NCBI GenBank assembly: GCA_045641225.1
Contig: JAZUGP010000073.1
Coordinates: 1,142-65,141, forward strand
DNA: 64,000 nt
Reading direction: 5' to 3'
Origin: Acutalibacteraceae bacterium
Lineage (GTDB): Bacteria > Bacillota > Clostridia > Oscillospirales > Acutalibacteraceae
The notes under the pieces were generated by a model that made no database searches, had not been told where the DNA came from, and saw only the letters and a program-made list of their open reading frames with translations. The translations under genes were made by a program, and so were the position numbers. How positions within the stretch are numbered: the stretch's first letter is position 1; the number at the start of each line of letters is the position of its first letter. Below are positions 56,676-64,000 of the stretch, piece after piece.

Positions 56676-57417
56676 GTATATCACAAAAGAAGCTTACGGG
56701 TACGGTTATTCCTCCGTTGCTGACGGTAGCGGTAAAATACCTTTTGCGGTGGTTGAGGCATATAAATCCATCAGAACAAACATAAAGTTCCTCCTTACCG
56801 GAGAAAAAGGTAATGTTGTTACCGTTTCAGGCTCTGAAATGAGCGAGGGCAAGTCAACAACAGCCCTAAATCTTGCTGTTGCATTTTCACAACTCGGTGA
56901 AAGGGTTTTGCTTATCGACGGTGATATGCGCCGATCCTCCGTTCATAAAAAGCTTTCGGTTGATAATGATAAGGGGCTTTCAAACGTGCTTGCGGGATTT
57001 TGTGATTTCTCAAGTGCCGCAAAGCATCTTTCCGACAATTTTGACGTGCTTACGGCAGGACAGACACCGCCTAACCCCTCCGAGCTTTTGGGCAGTGCAA
57101 AGTTTGATGAGCTTATTGCAGACCTTCGTAATGAGTACAGTATCGTTATTATCGATACTCCGCCCATAACTTTAGTTACCGATGCTCTGATAATTGCTCC
57201 GAAAACCGATGGCGTTATACTCGTGGTAAGAGAAAAGTTCACCACCACAGATGATGTTAAAAAGTCCATTGAAGCAATGAAATTTGCAAACACAAAGATA
57301 TTAGGCGCAATTATGAACGGTGTTTCACCCAAGAAAAAGAAATATTACAGATACAAATACTCGAAATATTCATCATATTCGCGCTATGGGTATTCATACA
57401 GTAATAAAACCAAATAA
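56662..57417 (+). CDS. CpsD/CapB family bacterial tyrosine kinase
   Basis: It has Walker A (SEGKST), A' (LIDGDMRR) and B (IIDTPP) motifs. The C-terminal Tyr cluster reads KKYYRYKYSKYSSYSRYGYSY. Confidence 0.92.
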   Translation: MASSKYITKEAYGYGYSSVADGSGKIPFAVVEAYKSIRTNIKFLLTGEKGNVVTVSGSEMSEGKSTTALNLAVAFSQLGERVLLIDGDMRRSSVHKKLSVDNDKGLSNVLAGFCDFSSAAKHLSDNFDVLTAGQTPPNPSELLGSAKFDELIADLRNEYSIVIIDTPPITLVTDALIIAPKTDGVILVVREKFTTTDDVKKSIEAMKFANTKILGAIMNGVSPKKKKYYRYKYSKYSSYSRYGYSYSNKTK

Positions 57418-57449
57418 AAGCTTCAAGATTTTGGGGTGGGAGGATTTTT

Positions 57450-58172
57450 ATGCGACTTGCCGATTTGCACACTCACATATTGCCGGGTGTTGACGATGGG
57501 GCTGCCCGCGTTGAGGATTCTCTCGCCCTTCTTCGTGCCGAAAAAGAGCAGGGGGTTACCGATGTTGTGTTAACCCCTCATTTTTTGCCCGAAAGCAGCG
57601 ATATCGAAACCAGCACCGAAAGGTGGCGTCTTGCGTTTGAAGAACTGTCGAGGGCGGTAAGAAACGAAGACCTGCCCGCACTTTATAAGGGTTGTGAGGT
57701 GCTGTATTTTGAGGGAATGGGCAAATCCTCTGCGATAAAGAAACTGTGTATGGGCAATTCAAAATATATACTTATAGAGTTTGCCGATATGGAAATAGGC
57801 GCCGCCGTAATTTCTGATTTAACCGATTTGAGATACAATATAGGCGTTATCCCGATTATTGCTCACACCGAGCGTTATTTTGATTTTAAGGGCTTTAAAA
57901 AACTAAAAAAGCTTTTTGAAGACGGTATTTGTCTCGCCCAGCTTAATGCCTCGTCACTTGCAGGCGGAGCATATAAAAGAGCGGCGTTAAAGCTTATTAA
58001 GGAAGATTTGATTTATATTGTGGCATCAGATGTTCATTCGCTTAAATACCGCCCCTGCGAGCTTTCCGAGGCGTTTTGCGTTATAAAAGAGCATTTCGGG
58101 AAAAGTCGGGTAAACAGATACATTTCAAACTCCGGAAAACTGCTTTTGAGTATATCGGGTGAAACGGAATGA
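57450..58172 (+). CDS. CpsB/CapC-type (PHP family) protein-tyrosine phosphatase
   Basis: It begins DLHTHILPGVDDGA and has downstream conserved histidines (AHTERY, SDVHS). Confidence 0.92.
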   Translation: MRLADLHTHILPGVDDGAARVEDSLALLRAEKEQGVTDVVLTPHFLPESSDIETSTERWRLAFEELSRAVRNEDLPALYKGCEVLYFEGMGKSSAIKKLCMGNSKYILIEFADMEIGAAVISDLTDLRYNIGVIPIIAHTERYFDFKGFKKLKKLFEDGICLAQLNASSLAGGAYKRAALKLIKEDLIYIVASDVHSLKYRPCELSEAFCVIKEHFGKSRVNRYISNSGKLLLSISGETE

Positions 58173-58987
58173 TAAGTAAAACAGTAAACATAAATAAAAA
58201 AGGTGAGCTTACTTTTATCACCTTTCCGAAGCTTTCGTCGTGCGGCGCTGTAAGACACGCGTTTACAACAAGAAACGGCGGAGTGAGTAAAGGCTTTCTT
58301 TCAAGTATGAATATGAGCTTTGGCAGGGGCGACGAAATTGAGGCGGTAAAGGAAAACTACCGCCGTATCTGTGAAGCCGTGGGGATAAGCACAAGCGAGC
58401 TTGTGTTAAGCTGCCAAACACATACCGATAATGTTATCGGTGTAACAAAAGAGGATTGCACAACGGGATTTGATAAGCCCTCTTTTTCGGATGTTGACGG
58501 TCTTATCACCGACTGTGAGGGTGTTGCGCTTGTTACCCAATATGCCGATTGCACACCGCTTTTGTTCTGCGATCCCGTAAGGCGCGTTGTTGCAAACTCA
58601 CACTCGGGCTGGCGCGGCACCGCCAAAATGATAGGTGCCGTAACGGTTGAAAAAATGGTAAAGGACTACGGCTGTAAGCGGGAGAATATCATAGCGGCAA
58701 TAGGACCTTGTATTTGTAAAAACTGTTATGAGGTAGATGATCCCGTATTTGAGCAGTTTTCGGATATGCCGATAGATTTAGGCGGTGTTTTCACCCCCGT
58801 AACAGAGAACCATTACCTGCTCGATTTAAGACTTGCAAACAAAAAGATACTTATGCTTGCGGGGATAAGAGAGGATAATATCGATATTGCCGACCTTTGC
58901 ACCTGCTGTGAAAGCCAAGAGCTTTTTTCACACAGAGCAATGGGAAATAACCGAGGTAATCTTGCGGCAATTATAGCATTGAAATAG
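58169..58987 (+). CDS. pgeF: Peptidoglycan editing factor PgeF (YfiH/DUF152 family)
   Basis: It reads QTHTDNV, DCTPLLFCDP, HSGWRGT and CTCC...FSHR. ATGA overlaps the phosphatase gene. Confidence 0.92.
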   Translation: MISKTVNINKKGELTFITFPKLSSCGAVRHAFTTRNGGVSKGFLSSMNMSFGRGDEIEAVKENYRRICEAVGISTSELVLSCQTHTDNVIGVTKEDCTTGFDKPSFSDVDGLITDCEGVALVTQYADCTPLLFCDPVRRVVANSHSGWRGTAKMIGAVTVEKMVKDYGCKRENIIAAIGPCICKNCYEVDDPVFEQFSDMPIDLGGVFTPVTENHYLLDLRLANKKILMLAGIREDNIDIADLCTCCESQELFSHRAMGNNRGNLAAIIALK

Positions 58988-58992
58988 GGATT

Positions 58993-59022
58993 AAAAAAAG
59001 CGGATTTTAATCCGCTTTTTTT
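58993..59022. terminator. Bidirectional terminator between pgeF and the M50 gene
   Basis: aagcggatt pairs with aatccgctt, with an A-run before and a T-run after. Confidence 0.8.
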
Positions 59023-59614
59023 AATACTTTATAATCACGCAGAGCAGTAAATAAAGCGCCACTATAAAAACAGAAAGATTAAAATTGCCGTTTAAATAAA
59101 GATAAACGCCGAACACAAACACCGCCGCGCACATAACGGCGGTTATTATTTTAACGGTGAGCACCGCACGTGCAATATTGTTGTCGCGGGACAATAGGTG
59201 TATCAGCACCGTGCCGCCGTCAAGCCCCGTTACGGGCAAGAGGTTGAATATGCCCACAACGAGATTTAAAACCGCAAAGCTGAGAACGGGTTTGCTGCCG
59301 AATATTTTGTAGTTAAAAAAAAGAACACAAAACAACAAAAGATTTACGGCAGGGCCTGCAAGTGCTATCTTGATTTCGCCGTTTTTCTTTTGGGGAAAGC
59401 CGCGAACTATCTGCACACTCGCGGGAATAAGCCTTACCGACCGAGGTTGACAGCCCGTTACCCACATCATAAAAAGGTGTCCGGTTTCGTGAATGAACGA
59501 AGCAAAAAGTGTGGGTATAACAAGCCCTGTGCGGTCAAATGCCAGCATAAGCGATATTACCGCGCAAAAAAGGAACGATATGTATATTTCGGTACCGAGC
59601 AGTTTAACCTTCAT
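59021..59614 (-). CDS. Site-2 protease (M50) family metallopeptidase, SpoIVFB-like minimal form
   Basis: It has the HETGH zinc motif in a TM helix and NLLPVTGLDGG (NxxPxxxLDG). It is only 197 aa. Confidence 0.88.
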   Translation of the reverse strand: MKVKLLGTEIYISFLFCAVISLMLAFDRTGLVIPTLFASFIHETGHLFMMWVTGCQPRSVRLIPASVQIVRGFPQKKNGEIKIALAGPAVNLLLFCVLFFNYKIFGSKPVLSFAVLNLVVGIFNLLPVTGLDGGTVLIHLLSRDNNIARAVLTVKIITAVMCAAVFVFGVYLYLNGNFNLSVFIVALYLLLCVIIKY

Positions 59615-59831
59615 TTTTTATACCGTTTATAACGCTTTCGGCTGTTGTATCGTTAAAAAGCTTAATTTCTATAAACTTTTCAACCTTTTCCGAACAGGAT
59701 TTAAAAATAAATCTTGCGGATAAAACCGTTGCGAGCAATAATATCACAGTTATTATCTGCACCATACCCACCTTAAATGCCGTGCTGTTTGTAATGCTGT
59801 TTTTTTCGTCCAAAGGTATGTCCTCCCACAA
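59604..59831 (-). CDS. Possible small single-TM protein overlapping the M50 start (start uncertain; alternative ATG at 59765)
   Basis: The track start is a TTG without an RBS. An internal ATG (MVQIITVILLLATV...) follows AAGGTGGG. There is no homology that I recognise. Confidence 0.35.
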   Translation of the reverse strand: MWEDIPLDEKNSITNSTAFKVGMVQIITVILLLATVLSARFIFKSCSEKVEKFIEIKLFNDTTAESVINGIKNEG

Positions 59832-59915
59832 ACACTTGTAAAGTAAAATGATGTATGCTATACTCTAATATATTGCGAATATACGTAAATTATTCTTTTT
59901 TCGGGTGGTGACAAA

Positions 59916-60947
59916 ATGAAAACAGCGGTAGGCATAAGCGGGGGAGTGGATTCCTCGGCTGCGATTGCACTTTTAAAGGAAAGCGGCTTTTCGGTAGTGG
60001 GCATCACCCTTTCTTTATGCGATAACGGAAAAGATGACATTTCGGATGCAAAAAAGGTATGCGAAGCATTGGAAATCGAGCATAAGGTTTTTGATATGCG
60101 CGAGCTGTTCGGGAATACCGTTATTGATAATTTTGTCACCGAATACGAGCGCGGCGCAACGCCCAACCCCTGCGTTGTGTGTAATAAGGAAATAAAGTTC
60201 GGCGCAATGCTTAATGAGGCCAAAAAGCTCGGATGCGAAAAAATCGCCACCGGCCATTATGTAAGGACCGAAATATCGGGCGACCGTGTTTTGCTCAAAA
60301 AAGCAAAGGACGAAGCAAAAGACCAAAGCTATATGCTTTATTCTTTGAGCCAAGAGCAGTTAAAAAGCAGTGTTTTTCCGTTAGGTGATTTAACAAAAGC
60401 CGAGGTGCGCGATTATGCCCAAAGCCACGGATTGATAACTGCGCACAAGTCGGACAGTCAGGATATCTGCTTTGTGCCGTCAGGCGATTATGCGGGATTT
60501 ATAAGGGAATACACACGCAAAACCTATCCGCAGGGCAATTTTATTTCAAAAAGCGGTGAGATACTCGGCCGGCATAACGGAATTATCGGCTATACGGTAG
60601 GCCAGCGCAAGGGACTCGGTATAGCCCTCGGTACGCCCGCTTTCGTGCTTTCGAAAAATATTTTTGAAAATACCGTCACACTCGGTAAAAACGAAGATTT
60701 GTTTTATAGGTTCGTTACGGTTGAAAATATTAACTTTATCCCGTTTGACAGTCTTTTGTCAGATATTAACGCCTATGTAAAGCTTCGGTATAAACACAAG
60801 GAGCAAAAAGCAATACTGCATCCCACCGAAAGCGGCATTACGGTTGAGTTTTTCGAGCCGCAAAGGGCACCCGCCATAGGTCAATCGGCGGTGTTTTATG
60901 ACGGATCCACGGTGCTCGGCGGCGGAATAATAAGCGGTGTTTACTGA
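59916..60947 (+). CDS. mnmA: tRNA 2-thiouridine(34) synthase
   Basis: It has the PP-loop GISGGVDSS, NPCVVCN and KDQSY motifs. Confidence 0.96.
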   Translation: MKTAVGISGGVDSSAAIALLKESGFSVVGITLSLCDNGKDDISDAKKVCEALEIEHKVFDMRELFGNTVIDNFVTEYERGATPNPCVVCNKEIKFGAMLNEAKKLGCEKIATGHYVRTEISGDRVLLKKAKDEAKDQSYMLYSLSQEQLKSSVFPLGDLTKAEVRDYAQSHGLITAHKSDSQDICFVPSGDYAGFIREYTRKTYPQGNFISKSGEILGRHNGIIGYTVGQRKGLGIALGTPAFVLSKNIFENTVTLGKNEDLFYRFVTVENINFIPFDSLLSDINAYVKLRYKHKEQKAILHPTESGITVEFFEPQRAPAIGQSAVFYDGSTVLGGGIISGVY

Positions 60948-61037
60948 TTAAAATATTATTTTATAAAATAACTTTACAAACCGCTTTTTCTATGATATAC
61001 TTATATTGTATAAATACCCTTGCAAGGAGGATATATT

Positions 61038-61559
61038 ATGAAAAAGCTATTGGCGGCGGTTCTTTGTATTATTACGGTGCTCACCTTATCTGTAAGCGTT
61101 TTTGCCGAAGAAAGTCCTCAAAGCGATAAGGTTGTTCAGGTAACGGTTTTTAATGCCGTTTCTGTTGACGGTATTGCGCAGGTCGGCAAGGCTCAGGTTA
61201 TTGAGAAAGGCGAAGTTTTTGTTGTTAAGGCTGATGCGGCTCAGGGCAAGCTTGACAGCTGGTCTTTTTACAAGATAGAAAACAACAACTTGGCGGCGCC
61301 TAAGGTTTCGGCTGCTGTTTTGGGTCAGGATTATGACCTTGTAAACTGCACCAATAAGGATGAATCCATCACCGTTAAGCCCTATACAACCATTGTTGTT
61401 TGCGGTAACTATAACGGTATGATAACCGACCCCACCACCGGCGAGCTCAAAAAATCCGATTCTCCCGCTACCGGTAATTCGGGCGTGATAATCTGCACAA
61501 TAGTTATGCTCGGCGCAGCTGTTATTGCTTTCGGTGCAAAAAAGCAGTTTTCAAAGTAA
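61038..61559 (+). CDS. Secreted protein with a C-terminal SPxTG-type cell-wall sorting signal
   Basis: It has a signal peptide (cleavage near VFA/EE). SPATG (nt 61461-61475) is followed by a hydrophobic stretch and a KKQFSK tail. An AAGGAGG RBS precedes the ATG at 61038. Confidence 0.7.
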   Translation: MKKLLAAVLCIITVLTLSVSVFAEESPQSDKVVQVTVFNAVSVDGIAQVGKAQVIEKGEVFVVKADAAQGKLDSWSFYKIENNNLAAPKVSAAVLGQDYDLVNCTNKDESITVKPYTTIVVCGNYNGMITDPTTGELKKSDSPATGNSGVIICTIVMLGAAVIAFGAKKQFSK

Positions 61560-61595
61560 TTTGGATTAAAAACTTAAATCCTTTCGGTATAAATA

Positions 61596-61632
61596 AAAAC
61601 CCTCGCGGATGAAATCCGCGAGGGTTTATTTT
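61596..61632. terminator. Bidirectional terminator
   Basis: ccctcgcggat, a gaa loop and atccgcgaggg are flanked by A- and T-runs. Confidence 0.9.
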
Positions 61633-61637
61633 ACTTA

Positions 61638-63647
61638 TTATTCCGCTTTGTTATCTTCAATAATCTTTTGCGCAAGGTTTGCGGGAACATCTTCATATCT
61701 TGCAAACTCAAGTGTGAAGGTTGCAGTGCCCTGCGTTATTGAGCGCATCGCGGTGGCAAAGTCGGCCATTTCAGCCATCGGGACCTCGCCCACAACCTCT
61801 TGAAGCTTGTTGCCGAGCGGATTCATACCGATTATTCTGCCGCGGCGCTTGTTGATATCTCCGATAACATCGCCGAGCATTTCGTCCGGAACGGTAACCT
61901 TTAGGGTACCTATCGGTTCAAGCAGTACGGGATTGGCATTGGAAACACCTTCTTTAAAGGCTATGGCAGCTGCGGTTTTGAATGCCATTTCGGAGGAGTC
62001 AACCGGATGATAAGAGCCGTCAACCAAGGTTGCCTTAATTCCCACCATCGGGAAGCCGGCGAGCACACCGTTTGCCGTACTGTCACGCAGACCTTTTTCA
62101 ACGGCAGGGAAGAAGTTCTTGGGAACCGCGCCGCCGAACACCTTTTCCTCAAACACGAGTTCCTCGCTGTCACAGGGCTCAAACTCAATCCAAACGTCAC
62201 CGAACTGACCGTGACCGCCGGACTGCTTTTTATGTCTTCCCTGAGCCTTTACCGACTTGCGTATCGTTTCTCTGTAGGCAATTTTCGGAGCTTTAAGCTC
62301 AACCTCAACACCGAACTTTGATTTAAGACGGGATACAACGATATCTATGTGCTGTTCACCGAGAGCCGAAAGTATAAGCTCTTTGGTAAGCGGGTCGTTG
62401 TAAACCATAAGGGTGGGGTCTTCCTCACAAAGACGCATAAGGCCGGAGGCTATCTTTTCATCGTCACCTTTTTTCTTGGGATAAACCGCAACCTGCAGGC
62501 AGGGCTTCGGGAAATCTATCTTATCTGCACTAATCTTTCCGCTTGCGGAGAGGGTATCACCCGTCAGCGCACCGCCTAATTTTGCAATTGATCCGATATC
62601 ACCGGCAACGATTTCATTTGTATCCTCCTGCTTGGCACCCTTTAGGTACATAAGCTTGGCAAGGCGCTCCTCAGAACCGTCACGGTCGTTCTTAAGACGC
62701 ATATCGGATGTGATTTTTCCGGAAATAACCTTAAAGTATGAAAGCTTGCCCACAAACGGGTCGGCAATGGTTTTGAAAATAACCGCCGCATTTTCACCGC
62801 TTGAACTGAATCCGGCATCGGCGGCAGAGGGCATAATCTTGCATATGTAGTCGCAGAAAAGCGGAACGGCATCGCCCGTTTGCTGAACACCGCAGAATAC
62901 CGGACAGATATCTCCTGTGAGGATTCCCTTTTTAAGACCGCCTATAAGCTCAGCTTCACTCAGCTCTTCGCCGTTAAAGTATTTTTCCATAAGCTCCTCA
63001 TCCGAGCTTGCCACCGCTTCAAGCAGCATATTTCTCATCTGCTCGATGTCGGTGCTCACGGGTAGCCTGAACTCCTTTGCGGATATTCCGTCATACGCGT
63101 AAGCCTTGTTTTCAATAAGGTTTACATAACACTTAACCGTTTCGTCCTCAACAAAGGGGACGATAATAGGGCAGATAACGGCGCCGTAGTTTGCAACAAG
63201 CGCCGAGATAACTCTGTAAAAATGCGCATGTGAGGAATCAAGCTTACCGATAAAGAAGCCCACGCTCTTTTTGGCGTTGCGGGCCTTTTCAAAGGCCTGC
63301 TTTGCACCCACCGTAAGACCGGATTTACCCGAAAGTGCGATGATGGCACTGTCTGCCGCGCAGATTGCCTCACTGATACCGCCGGCAAAGTCGAACTGTC
63401 CCGGTGCGTCAATGATGTTTAACTTGATACCGTTTATTTCAAGCGCGTAAACACTGGTGGATACCGATGATGCGCGCTTTTTTTCTTCTGCGTCAAAGTC
63501 GAAAACAGATGTACCGTCAGCGGACTTACCTATTCTTTCGGTTGCCTTTCCGTAATATAGGACAGCATCGGCAAGTGTGGTTTTACCCGAGCCGCCGTGA
63601 CCGAGAATTGCAATGTTTTTGATTAGGTTTTCGTCGTAACGATTCAC
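61638..63647 (-). CDS. EF-G family translational GTPase paralog (EF-G2-like)
   Basis: It is 669 aa with G1 GHGGSGKT, G3 DAPG and G4-like regions, and EF-G domains II-V recognisable by pattern. Confidence 0.88.
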   Translation of the reverse strand: MNRYDENLIKNIAILGHGGSGKTTLADAVLYYGKATERIGKSADGTSVFDFDAEEKKRASSVSTSVYALEINGIKLNIIDAPGQFDFAGGISEAICAADSAIIALSGKSGLTVGAKQAFEKARNAKKSVGFFIGKLDSSHAHFYRVISALVANYGAVICPIIVPFVEDETVKCYVNLIENKAYAYDGISAKEFRLPVSTDIEQMRNMLLEAVASSDEELMEKYFNGEELSEAELIGGLKKGILTGDICPVFCGVQQTGDAVPLFCDYICKIMPSAADAGFSSSGENAAVIFKTIADPFVGKLSYFKVISGKITSDMRLKNDRDGSEERLAKLMYLKGAKQEDTNEIVAGDIGSIAKLGGALTGDTLSASGKISADKIDFPKPCLQVAVYPKKKGDDEKIASGLMRLCEEDPTLMVYNDPLTKELILSALGEQHIDIVVSRLKSKFGVEVELKAPKIAYRETIRKSVKAQGRHKKQSGGHGQFGDVWIEFEPCDSEELVFEEKVFGGAVPKNFFPAVEKGLRDSTANGVLAGFPMVGIKATLVDGSYHPVDSSEMAFKTAAAIAFKEGVSNANPVLLEPIGTLKVTVPDEMLGDVIGDINKRRGRIIGMNPLGNKLQEVVGEVPMAEMADFATAMRSITQGTATFTLEFARYEDVPANLAQKIIEDNKAE

Positions 63648-63944
63648 AACAATACACTCCTTTTATATCTTGCAACCGCAAAAAAGATTTACGATTACAA
63701 TAGAAATTATATCACACCGTTTTGGTAATTACAACTAATATTTTTAACGCCGTTAATATTTTTTTAGATATTATGTAATAAAAAGTTGATTGTTGTAGAA
63801 AATATACAAACGTCGCGCCCATTATACATTTAATGTGATGATAAAGGTAACATTTATGAAACTATTTGTAACCGAATTGTTGCTGCACTTTTTTAAAAAC
63901 GCGTAGTATAATAAACTTGTAATAAAAGAAAGGCGGGCGATAGT

Positions 63945-64000
63945 ATGATGAAAAAAGCGGCAGCGATTATCTTTGCGGCTGTAATTGTTATCGCCTGCAT
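63945..64000 (+). CDS. 5' end of a secreted protein or lipoprotein gene (continues beyond window)
   Basis: It begins MMKKAAAIIFAAVIVIAC..., a signal-peptide-like start with a possible lipobox. AAAGG lies upstream. Confidence 0.4.
   Translation, partial: MMKKAAAIIFAAVIVIAC

Noticed and set aside
61638-63647. The EF-G paralog as a Tet(M)/Tet(O)-type ribosomal protection (tetracycline resistance) gene
   Set aside because: The N-terminus and G1 motif differ from the MKIINIG..AHVDAGKT pattern. The length is 669 aa rather than about 639 aa, and there is no mobile-element context. I have no positive evidence for resistance.
63858-63908. A 16-codon ORF (MKLFVTELLLHFFKNA) upstream of the last partial gene
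   Set aside because: It is too short and has a weak RBS (AAAGG) with nothing to support function. It probably lies within promoter or leader sequence.
1-64000. CRISPR arrays, IS elements, integrases, prophage or defence islands
   Set aside because: I scanned intergenic regions and ORF products by eye. I found no regularly spaced direct repeats, no transposase, recombinase or phage-like proteins, and no recognisable restriction, abortive-infection or cyclic-nucleotide defence domains.

Overview
This window is mostly housekeeping chromosome from a Firmicute of the class Clostridia. The taxon is an inference from gene content: SpoIID, a SpoIVFB-like site-2 protease, AddAB, pyruvate phosphate dikinase, adjacent GluRS and GlnRS, and a GH16 fragment, which would fit a Ruminococcaceae/Oscillospiraceae-like anaerobe. 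I support about 65 coding regions, two convergent tRNAs (Pro-CGG and Arg-CCU), and an rpmG (L33) gene that is too short to appear in the ORF track. I also call several sigma-A-type promoters, rho-independent terminators and a LexA box.

Major blocks:
- nrdR-gltX-glnS-nif3-coaX-ECF S component (minus strand)
- M16-M16-lgt-folD
- rpsT, uvrC and addBA
- spoIID and murA
- rpmG-secE-nusG-rplKA
- A minus-strand envelope cluster: hydrolase-murF-ddl-CDF-GH25
- lexA-rnhA-queT
- purA-yhaM-trmK-rqcH
- A BY-kinase module fused to pgeF
- mnmA and an EF-G paralog

I saw no CRISPR array, transposase, integrase, phage genes or recognisable defence genes, and I cannot point to a convincing novel multi-gene system.

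The most unusual items are:
- A promoter-driven, stem-rich element of about 190 nt upstream of rpmG that I do not recognise
- SecE fused to an extra four-TM domain
- MurF with a polytopic membrane N-terminus
- An orphan tyrosine-kinase module translationally coupled to pgeF
- An autoregulated-looking orphan RHH gene
- A split TauE transporter
- An SPxTG-sorted surface protein

All noncoding coordinates were counted by hand and may be off by a few nucleotides.
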